Positions 54,355 to 62,185 of a DNA stretch of 64,000 nt are shown here, piece after piece. The notes beneath the pieces are model-generated. The model saw only the letters and a program-made list of their open reading frames with translations. It was not told where the DNA came from and did no database searches. Origin of the DNA: Bryobacterales bacterium (GTDB lineage: Bacteria; Acidobacteriota; Terriglobia; Bryobacterales; UBA6623). Numbering within the stretch: position 1 is the first letter of the stretch; every line of letters begins with the position of its first letter. The translations under genes were made by a program, and so were the position numbers. The stretch covers positions 2,517,228 to 2,581,227 of the forward strand of contig CBDDCH010000002.1 in assembly GCA_965226215.1 (NCBI GenBank), read 5' to 3'.

Positions 54355-55238
54355 TAGGAAGCCGACTCCGCCACCAGCGGCTGGGGGAGGTTTTCGGCTA
54401 GACACGCCTCTAAGGGGTTGTCGTCTCGCTGTATTCGATACTCCAGGTAGTCGAAGTCCTCCTCGGTATCGACCTCGACGCTAAACGGCGTCAGGAAGCC
54501 AAGAATCCGCGGGCCGTGGACGATGTTGGTGCGGCGAACAAAGTCGGTCTTGACGACGTCGACATAGCCGTTCGGATGATAGGCGGGCGGAAAGGCCTGA
54601 CGCGGCAGATTGTGGTAATCGGGTCGCGGGTCGTCGGGGAAAAGGCCGGTCAGAAAACCGTCCTCGACACGGAACATCTTCTCCGGCGGCTCGGCGACCT
54701 GGTGCGCGGAACGCAGCGACGTGGCTTCGTCGCGGCCTGCTATCAGATCAATGGCGGAATCGATGAGTGCGCCCTCCCTCAGCGGAGTGGTGGGCCGCAA
54801 GTGAACGAGCATGGCAGGCTCGGCGTGGTCGTGTTGTTGAAACCAATCGAGCGCGTGGCGGATGAAATCCATGTCGGCCGAGGTGTCCTGGGCTAGCTCG
54901 GGCGGTCGCAGAAAAGGCGCCTCCGCCCCGTAGGCTCGCGCGATGTCGGCGATCTCCGGGCTGTCGGTGGATACGATCACGCGATCGATGTTATGGCACC
55001 GGCGGGCGACCACAATCGAGTAGGCGATCAGAGGATGCCCTCCAACCAGCCGGATATTCTTCCTCGGCACTCCTTTTGAGCCGCCCCGGGCGGGTATGAT
55101 GGCGTAGACCTTTTCACGTTTCAAGAACGAATCCTCCGTCGATTTTGGGGCGCTGACCCGATGGCTCATGGCGCGGCGAGCCACGCAAGCCGCTCCTCGG
55201 ACGGCCACGGAACGCTTCTTCCACTTGTCGGCGTTCAC
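54354..55238 (-). CDS. acylneuraminate (nonulosonate) cytidylyltransferase-family protein (NeuA/CMP-sugar synthetase-like)
   Basis: ...VYAIIPARGGSKGVPRKNIRLVGGHPLIAYSI...IVSTDS...LRPTTPLR... are motifs of the CMP-NeuAc/CMP-Kdo synthetase fold. The start may instead be M24 (55169). The native TAG stop coincides with the IS630 target TA. Confidence 0.8.
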   Translation of the reverse strand: MNADKWKKRSVAVRGAACVARRAMSHRVSAPKSTEDSFLKREKVYAIIPARGGSKGVPRKNIRLVGGHPLIAYSIVVARRCHNIDRVIVSTDSPEIADIARAYGAEAPFLRPPELAQDTSADMDFIRHALDWFQQHDHAEPAMLVHLRPTTPLREGALIDSAIDLIAGRDEATSLRSAHQVAEPPEKMFRVEDGFLTGLFPDDPRPDYHNLPRQAFPPAYHPNGYVDVVKTDFVRRTNIVHGPRILGFLTPFSVEVDTEEDFDYLEYRIQRDDNPLEACLAENLPQPLVAESAS

Positions 55239-55267
55239 CGCCTTGCCGTCGATGTCAAAACAGGAAG

Positions 55268-56203
55268 TCAGGGCAGCTTCCCGGCCGTGGCAAGGGCGAC
55301 CTCGGCGGACGATTCCAGATAGTAGCGGAGCTTGTGGGCATTCGCCTCTTCCGCCGTCGTGATCCGCTTGACTCCGTCCCCGAGCACCACCGGAATCGAT
55401 CGGATGTAGGCCACCGTCAACTCCAGGCCCCGCTTTTCGAGCGACGCCGCTTGATCGCTGCCGTACATCGCTCGGTCGAGCGTGATGTGGCGCTCGACGG
55501 CCACCGCGCCCATCATGGCCGCTAGAACTCCGGGGATCATGGTCGGTTCATGTCCGCTGTATCCCACCGGGCACGGGTAGCGCCGGCGGAGTTCTTCGAT
55601 CAAGCGGAGGTTCAGCGTCGCCTCCGGAGCCGGATACTCGCCGACACAGTGCATCAGCACAAGCGGACAGCCTCTGGCTCGAAAGATGTCCACGGCTCGA
55701 TCAATGGCCTCGTAGGTGCTCATCGCCGTCGAAATAAAGGTCACCTTTTGCTCCTCGGCCACCGTCTCGAGCAGCTCTCGGTGCCCGATCATGGCCGAAG
55801 CGATCTTGTTGTAGCTCAGCTCGTACTGCCGCAGGAACTCTTGGCTCCCGACGTCCCAGGCCGAGGCAAACCACTCGATGCCGACCTGGCGGCAATAAGC
55901 GTCGATTTCGTCATATTCGTCCTTGCCGAATTCCAACGCTTGTTTTTGGTCGCGCTGCGTCGTCCCCCAAGGGCTTTCGCGCGGCGAGTCGAGAAGCGCG
56001 GCGGGGTAGACGACGTCAATTGTCCTTTTTTGAAACTTGACCGCGTCGCAGTCGGCCTGTTTGGCCATATCAATCAATCGCTTGGCGAGGTCGACATCGC
56101 CGTTGTGATTGATGCCGATCTCCGCGATGACAAACACTGGTTTCGCAATCGGCCACGGCGGCCCCTGCCTCAGATCGTCTCTATCGCGGAAGTTCTCGAT
56201 CAT
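55268..56203 (-). CDS. neuB: N-acetylneuraminate (nonulosonate) synthase-family protein, NeuB TIM-barrel domain only
   Basis: ...PVFVIAEIGINHNGDVDLAKRLIDMAKQADCDAVKFQKR...YNKIASAMI...VLMHCVGEYPAP...NLRLIEELRRRYPCPVGYSGHE...AVAVERHITLDRA..DQAASLE... The ORF has 311 aa and ends shortly after the barrel, so I see no SAF/antifreeze-like C-terminal domain. An RBS GGGAG precedes the ATG. Confidence 0.85.
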   Translation of the reverse strand: MIENFRDRDDLRQGPPWPIAKPVFVIAEIGINHNGDVDLAKRLIDMAKQADCDAVKFQKRTIDVVYPAALLDSPRESPWGTTQRDQKQALEFGKDEYDEIDAYCRQVGIEWFASAWDVGSQEFLRQYELSYNKIASAMIGHRELLETVAEEQKVTFISTAMSTYEAIDRAVDIFRARGCPLVLMHCVGEYPAPEATLNLRLIEELRRRYPCPVGYSGHEPTMIPGVLAAMMGAVAVERHITLDRAMYGSDQAASLEKRGLELTVAYIRSIPVVLGDGVKRITTAEEANAHKLRYYLESSAEVALATAGKLP

Positions 56204-56247
56204 GTTGTAATCTCCCTTAAAAGTCGAGTTGACCCTCTATCTGCCTA

Positions 56248-57400
56248 GTGTAGTGCCACATAAATAGCTGTACAATAACACCCTTTTCGCGATAGGATGG
56301 TTTATGTGGCCATCCGCTGACGCTCTAGCCCTCACCGCTCCGCAGCGAAACGCTCTTCGTCGCCTCGTTCGAGGCCGCAATACGACGCAGAAAATGGTCT
56401 TGCGAGCGCACATTGTTTTGCGCTGTGCGCAGGGGTTGGCGAACCACGCCATGGCCCGCGAACTCGGCGTCAACCGCAAGACCGTCATCCTGTGGCGAAA
56501 GCGCTTCGCCCAGTCCGGCCTCGACGGACTCCGCGATCGGACGCGCCCCGGACGCAAACCGGCGCTCTCCGCTGAATTCGTCCAATGCATCCTCGATACA
56601 ACGCTTCACGAGAAGCCCCGGGCGGCCACGCATTGGAGCACCCGCACCATCGCCAAGCACTTGGGCGTCTCCAAGATGGCCATCCAGCGCGTCTGGAAAG
56701 CGCACGGACTGCAGCCCCATCGCCTCGAAACTTTCAAGCTCAGCCGCGACAAGCAGTTCGTCGAGAAACTCCGCGACGTGGTCGGGCTGTACTTGAATCC
56801 GCCCGAGCACGCGCTGGTGCTCAGCGTCGATGAGAAAAGCCAGATCCAGGCCTTAGACCGCAGCTAGCCGGGACTGCCCCTGAAAAAGGGTCGCGCCGGC
56901 ACCATGACCCACGACTTCAAACGACATGGCACAACGACGCTGTTCGCCGCCTTCAATGTGCTCGACGGCCAGGTGATCGGGGAGTGTCTGCCGCGACATC
57001 GGCACCAGGAATTCCTCAAATTCCTACGCAAGATCGATCGCGAAACGCCACCGGCGCTGGAGCTGCATCTGATCGTGGACAACTACTCCACGCATAAGCA
57101 TGAGCAGGTGAAGAAGTGGCTCGCGAAGCACCCCCGCTTCCACTTTCACTTCATTCCCACGTCTTCTTCTTGGCTCAATCTCGTCGAGCGCTGGTTCCGC
57201 GAGCTGACACAGAAGCGCATCCGCCGCGGCGTGTTCCGCAGTGTTCCCGAACTCGAGGCCGCCATCCACGAGTACCTGGAAGCGAGCAACCAAGCGGCCA
57301 AGCCCTTTGTCTGGACAGCTCCGGCACAAGATATCCTCGCCAAAGTCGAGCGCGCCGCCAAAACCCACGCCATTGTCCAGAACCGTTAGTGGCACTACGC
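56248..57400 (+). mobile_element. IS630-family insertion sequence, copy 3 (1153 bp, amber-interrupted transposase, inverted relative to copy 2)
   Basis: The left TIR is GTGTAGTGCCAC. The right TIR is GTGGCACTACGC, with one mismatch. It is flanked by TA at 56246-56247 and 57401-57402. Confidence 0.95.
56304..57389 (+). pseudogene. IS630 transposase split by the same TAG as copy 2
   Basis: The TAG is at 56865-56867. It shares the R (versus H) and H (versus Y) substitutions of copy 2, and it has one private L->I change (STRTIAKHLG). Confidence 0.9.
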
Positions 57401-58313
57401 TAGGATGGGCGACCGCCCAGAGAGTGTCCGAGCGTCCGGCGCGGATCAGGGCCTCGGCATAACTGGCATCTACAGCGTCAGGCAAGGTGGAGTCGTAAAA
57501 CCCCTGTCCGCCGGGTTCGCCGGTGAGCATCCAGCGGATGTGATTACTTAGGTCGTAGCGCTGCACGCCGCGGATCTCGGCCCCAAAACCGGAGCGATCG
57601 AGCGTGCGCTTGAGCGTGTCTGATGAAAAGTACAGAAGATGCGCTTTTTGGTAGTAGAAGCGCTGGCAGGCGGGAATCTGATAGAGGCTCACCAGCGCGT
57701 CGTCCAGGTTCGGGACCTCGATGACGACCTTGGCCCCAGCTCGAAGCGACTTCGGCAGCGATCGCAGGAAAGCCAGTGGATCAGGCAGGTGTTCCAATAC
57801 GTGAAACATCACCACAAGATCAAAGGTGGCTTGCTGTTGTCGGAGGGCGCCCAGTTCGCTCACGACGGACAGCCCGAGCCGCCCTTCGATCCAGGTTCTC
57901 GACTCGCGGTCAGGTTCCACGCCTTGGAGCTGCTCCACGTAGGGGCGAACCGCATCCAGGAACGCTCCCGAGCCGCAACCGATCTCGAGCACCCGGACAT
58001 CGGGGGCCAGCAGCGCACGCAGACGCTCGACCCGTCTCCGAGCCTCCGGTAGGTCCTCCAGGTAGCGCTTCTCGACAGGGAGCTCTCCATAGTCTTCGCG
58101 GTAGCTGGTTTCGTAGTAGCGGGCGAGGTCATCGGCAGGGGGCCTGGGCCACAAAAACACCAACCCGCAGGCGCCGCAACGTCTCACTTCAGCTTCGGGA
58201 GCATGCCGGGCGCCTTTTTGCACCAACGCGCTCTCGGACGATCCACAGATCGGGCAGTCCGGCAGTCGATCTTCGAGCGCACCCGCCTGTGCTTGTTCTG
58301 TCACGGCTTCCAC
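57401..58313 (-). pseudogene. class I SAM-dependent methyltransferase with an N-terminal zinc ribbon; the last about 10 codons are replaced by the IS630 copy 3 insertion
   Basis: It carries CPICGS...CGACG, then VLEIGCGSGAFLD...DLVVMFHVLEHLPDP. The track ORF (57024..58313) continues 126 codons into the antisense strand of the IS. Removing the IS and one TA restores ...LWAVAHPRQIEGQLDF*. Confidence 0.8.
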
Positions 58314-58357
58314 AGCGTGTTTTCTCCCTGGCAGCCCATGGTAGAAGTGAAGGTCGC

Positions 58358-58479
58358 GAAAAATCGGGTACAGCCAGCCAATTCGCTTAAGGCTAAATGC
58401 TTTGTTTCTTGGGTCATGACGGGAAGCGGATTGGTGGCAGTCCCCATTTTTCGCTCCTGCATGACTTTCGCCACGGGCT
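58358..58479. repeat. 122-bp repeat element, family B, copy 2
   Basis: It has the same length and orientation as 9398-9519. It lies 45 nt upstream of the methyltransferase start codon. Confidence 0.8.
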
Positions 58480-58553
58480 AGCGGGCCTCGAAGGAGGAAC
58501 CCGGCCCAGCGTCCGTGGCAACTCGGGGAACCCGGCCTCTGCGATTCAGGAAG

Positions 58554-59843
58554 TCAGCGGGAGATGGACGGGGCGGCGGTCGGGGCGGAATAGGGCCGGT
58601 CCGGCGCTTCCTTCGCTTCATTGCGGTCGGACCTGAGGATTTCCTCGTAGAGATCCTTCGCTTGCCGCGCTTTCCGACGCCAGCCGAGAAGACTCCGCAC
58701 ACGCTGTTGCGCGGCCTCTCCGAGGCGGCGGCATCGCTCGGGGTCGGCGGACAGCGATTGAATGGCCGCCGCCAACTCGACCTCAACCTGCTCGGGAAAG
58801 TGGGGGAAAATCCTCATGCCCGAATCGGCGGCGACCATCTCTGCCGGGCCGCCCCAATCGAGAACAATCACCGCCAGTCCGGCCGCCATGCCTTCGAGAA
58901 CGACCGTTCCCGAGGTTTCGACCAGGCTCGTAAAAACCAGTGCATGGGCTTCGGCAAAGGCCTCGCGAACCCGGGCGTCGGAGACGTGCCCGCTGAATGT
59001 CGTGCACTCGGCAAGGTCCAAGCGGGTGGCTAAGGCCTGCCAGCGGGAGCGCTCCCTACCGTCGCCGACGATCGTCACCCGCGGGCGTTCGGGTCTCTCG
59101 ATCCGTGCCAGCGCGTGAAGCAGCAAGGGCAAACCTTTCCAGGCCGCCATCTCGCTGATCCACAGCAGACGAAACGGCTCCCGCGGACTGCGCTTTTTTC
59201 GAGCCAAGGTCTGCCCGCCCGGTTCGCACCCCACGCCCAACATCAGCCGGCCCTTCGACCGAGAAACGTGCGGCAGTATCGTCTTTGTCGCCGTATTGGC
59301 GATGAGAATCACCGCCGCGCGGCGGCAGCTCAAGCGCAAGAAGGGATCAAGCCTGGAAAGCGACTGCCAAACGCGCCGCCAGGCCTGAAAGAGCCTTCCC
59401 CGCACCCCCAGCAGCCCGCCGAACCCGGGCGGAGGGTTTTGCCCTCCTCCCACCGGGCCCCAAACGAAGGGTATGTCGAGCTTCCAGAGAAACGAAGGAA
59501 CGCGCCACGAACCGTAGGTAACGTGGTGTGAAATGTCGAACGGTCTCTCACGATGGAGCTTGGCGGCGAGCCGATAGGCTTGCCACTGCCAAGCGTAGTA
59601 GAGCAGCCAACCCAGCCCCAGGCGACCGGCCACTCCCGCTGGGACAAGTTCCGGCACGAAATGGAAAACGGGCGACCCACCGGGTTCCGGACCGGACCCG
59701 CTTTCGATCGAGGGGCGGTTTCTGGCCGCCGTGAGCACGTGAACCTCGCCATGACGCGACAATGACCGAGCCCAGTTCCAACCCAAGGCAGGCTCCGAGC
59801 CTCGATCCGGCCGACAGGCGTAAGCCGAAAGTAGAATCCTCAT
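58554..59843 (-). CDS. glycosyltransferase family 4 (GT-B)
   Basis: It starts MRILLSAYACRPDRGSEPALGWNWA... (ATG at 59843). The C-terminal ...ALVFTSLVETSGTVVLEGMAAGLAVIVLDWGGP... is the EX7E-type motif. Confidence 0.8.
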   Translation of the reverse strand: MRILLSAYACRPDRGSEPALGWNWARSLSRHGEVHVLTAARNRPSIESGSGPEPGGSPVFHFVPELVPAGVAGRLGLGWLLYYAWQWQAYRLAAKLHRERPFDISHHVTYGSWRVPSFLWKLDIPFVWGPVGGGQNPPPGFGGLLGVRGRLFQAWRRVWQSLSRLDPFLRLSCRRAAVILIANTATKTILPHVSRSKGRLMLGVGCEPGGQTLARKKRSPREPFRLLWISEMAAWKGLPLLLHALARIERPERPRVTIVGDGRERSRWQALATRLDLAECTTFSGHVSDARVREAFAEAHALVFTSLVETSGTVVLEGMAAGLAVIVLDWGGPAEMVAADSGMRIFPHFPEQVEVELAAAIQSLSADPERCRRLGEAAQQRVRSLLGWRRKARQAKDLYEEILRSDRNEAKEAPDRPYSAPTAAPSISR

Positions 59844-59928
59844 GGTTGAAAGTGGCGAGACGCAACCATCTTGGCTCTCAGCCCGCAACCGTTTCCCTTT
59901 TTGACGCCTGGGCTAGGATCCCGCGAGC

Positions 59929-61167
59929 TCAAAAACCGGTCGCAATAAGCGCCAGAAGGTCTCCCATCACGCGGCCGCCGACTGCCCAGTCAAGTCCCGC
60001 CCAACCCGTCAGCCCTGCTGTTAGAAGGACCGTCACGACGCCTACGGGAATACTCACAAACAGCATCACGTCCGGCCGCTTCAGGGCGTTCAGCACCAGC
60101 GTCGGCATCACCCGAAGTCCAAGCAGCACATAGACCAGCACCCACAGCGTCACAATCGCCCCTGCCCCCTCGTACTTTTCAGCGAACAGCAGGCCGAGCC
60201 AAAACTCAGGAACCGCCAAAACGATCAGCCCGTAGGCCAAAAATGGCGCGCTCCACAGTGGCAGTAGTCGTTTGAGGAAATTCCTCAGATGCCTGGCGCC
60301 CTGGCGCTGGTAGAGTCGAACGGCGCGCGGATCGAGCACTTTCGGCACCCCAAGCCAAAGAATTTGAAGCGGCGCCAACACCAGCCTTGCCGCTTCCACC
60401 ATGCCAACTCCCGCTGGCCCCTTGAGGCCTCCAATGGCCCACAAACTGGCCTGCCCGGCCAGCAGGGTTCCGAACTGATTGCCCAGCTTCCAGCGGGCAA
60501 ACTGCCAGGTTTTGAGCAGATCCCGGCGGGCCCCAGGAATGCGACGTGTCAGATCGCGGCGAATCTGCCACAGTCCGACGACTGTGCCGGCCAATGAGAC
60601 AATTGCCATGACGAGGAAAACGTTGCGTGCACTCAGCCACACGGCCGTTAGTGCCTCTCCAGCGCCGCTCGCGCTTTGCCCGCTGAGCTTCCAGAGCAAA
60701 ATCACTCCCCCGAGCTGCGCCACGGAATAGAAAAGGTTGTTGGAGAACGCCTCGGCGGCGCGCAGGCGGGTATAGAGCACTTGGCGGCAGAACTCCCTGG
60801 CCTGTACGAGGGGGAGAGCCGCCGACATGGCCCACAAGACCGGTCGCAGATCGTCTCCCAGGCCAAGCCACCCCAGCGGCACCGCGGCCGCAAGCGCTGC
60901 CAGCAAGATCCCCAACAGGACTTGCGCCAGGGCCAACGTGGTCGCATAGCTCTTCCAATCCTCCCCGTCGCGCCCCGCGCCGAGAACCGTCATCGGCCCC
61001 GTCACCAGCGCTCCCTGCAGACCGCTGCCCGCCAGCAGCACCGATGAGGCCAGCACGTAAGCACCGAATTGTTGGGGGGTGCATAACCTGGCTAGTAACA
61101 GCGATGTCAGAAAGTTCGTCGCGCTCTGGGCGATCGCGAACGGCAGTCGGCTTCCCAGCTCAGCCAT
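59929..61167 (-). CDS. polysaccharide flippase (Wzx-like, MOP superfamily)
   Basis: The ORF of about 412 aa has about 12-14 TM helices, starts MAELGSRLPFAIAQSATNFLTSLLLARL... and sits in a glycan locus. The start at 61167 overlaps the upstream FkbM gene end by 8 nt. Confidence 0.7.
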   Translation of the reverse strand: MAELGSRLPFAIAQSATNFLTSLLLARLCTPQQFGAYVLASSVLLAGSGLQGALVTGPMTVLGAGRDGEDWKSYATTLALAQVLLGILLAALAAAVPLGWLGLGDDLRPVLWAMSAALPLVQAREFCRQVLYTRLRAAEAFSNNLFYSVAQLGGVILLWKLSGQSASGAGEALTAVWLSARNVFLVMAIVSLAGTVVGLWQIRRDLTRRIPGARRDLLKTWQFARWKLGNQFGTLLAGQASLWAIGGLKGPAGVGMVEAARLVLAPLQILWLGVPKVLDPRAVRLYQRQGARHLRNFLKRLLPLWSAPFLAYGLIVLAVPEFWLGLLFAEKYEGAGAIVTLWVLVYVLLGLRVMPTLVLNALKRPDVMLFVSIPVGVVTVLLTAGLTGWAGLDWAVGGRVMGDLLALIATGF

Positions 61168-62185
61168 GGGCTCTTGGCGAACTGGCTCTCGCGCACAGAC
61201 CGTTTCCCCGTGGCTCAACGGCTAGGGCTGGTGTTCGCCCTTCCGGATGCAGCGCAACGACGTTCATGGTCCGCGCGGGCCAAACAGCCAACGGCGACAA
61301 AATGCCTTTTGGCCGCAGGGAGAAGAAACGATAACCGAGCTTCGCCAACGCTTGCCAAGCACCGTCGGGAGCCAGGCCGAGCCGTCGCGCTCCGCCGGGG
61401 TTCATCTCGAAGAGGATAGTCGGCCGGCTGCGGCTGAGAATTGCCCTGCCGCCTTCCAGGACGAGTTCCTCCGCCCCTTCGACATCCATCTTCAGGAGGT
61501 CGAGGCGAGTGATTCCCTGCTGTTCAGCAACGGTGTCTAGGGTTATGGTTCTCGTTCGCTCCCAGAATCCTTCCGCGTTGTTCCCACTCCCCAGCGAATA
61601 GCTGACGGGACGGTTTTCATGGTGAAAAAGCCGCGCCACGCCATCTAGCTCCGACAGGGCTGACCGGAAACAACGCACATTGTTGGGTAGATTGAGTTTG
61701 ATGTTTCTCTCCAGCACGGAAAACGACTCTCGACCGGGCTCGAAGGCCAACACGCTTCCGCCCGCGCCGACGAGTTTTGCCGCCGCTACCGCGTAAATGC
61801 CGCAACTGGCGCCGGCGTCAACGACAACGTCGCCGGGCGCGATGAACCGATCGAGATAGCGGCTTTCGATCTCGTAGTCCTCCCGCGCCATGAAGATCAT
61901 CGTCGTGCCCGCCCCTCCCCACTCGGCCGGCAACAGAAACTGAGCTTGCCAGCGGGGCAGCTCGATCACCGCCGGCCACGAGAGAAGGCAGCGCAACCGC
62001 CAGGCGACGAGCCGCAGCAGGCAACGGGCCGGGGCGCGCCGGAATCCAGCGTGGTCCCAGGGAACGCGGCAAACGATGGCTCGCGCCCTTCTGAACAAAC
62101 GCAGGCAGCCGGAGGTCGCCGGCGGCTGCGCTCGCGTGCCGTCTCGTTCTCTGACCGGCGCAACGGCGGCGGAACTTCTCAGCAT
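61160..62185 (-). CDS. FkbM-family methyltransferase
   Basis: ...VVVDAGASCGIYAVAAAKL...VLAFEPGRESFSVLERN...ALSELDGVARLF...DLLKMDVEGAEELVLEGG... The start is set at the ATG at 62185 (MLRSS...), just at the stop of the upstream gene. Confidence 0.75.
   Translation of the reverse strand: MLRSSAAVAPVRERDGTRAQPPATSGCLRLFRRARAIVCRVPWDHAGFRRAPARCLLRLVAWRLRCLLSWPAVIELPRWQAQFLLPAEWGGAGTTMIFMAREDYEIESRYLDRFIAPGDVVVDAGASCGIYAVAAAKLVGAGGSVLAFEPGRESFSVLERNIKLNLPNNVRCFRSALSELDGVARLFHHENRPVSYSLGSGNNAEGFWERTRTITLDTVAEQQGITRLDLLKMDVEGAEELVLEGGRAILSRSRPTILFEMNPGGARRLGLAPDGAWQALAKLGYRFFSLRPKGILSPLAVWPARTMNVVALHPEGRTPALAVEPRGNGLCARASSPRAHG

Noticed and set aside
53202-57400. neuB/neuA having arrived as a composite IS630 transposon
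   Set aside because: Removing each IS individually restores sensible native sequence: the methyltransferase C-terminus plus the neuB RBS on one side, and the native stop codon on the other. The genes were therefore already part of the operon and the two IS copies inserted separately. TA flanks are uninformative because IS630 always targets TA.
57024-57400. The C-terminal 126 residues of the 429-aa methyltransferase ORF
   Set aside because: This part is the antisense strand of IS630 copy 3. The identical peptide appears as ORFs 44968..45387 and 53207..53578 opposite the other two copies, so it is a chimeric read-through rather than native protein.
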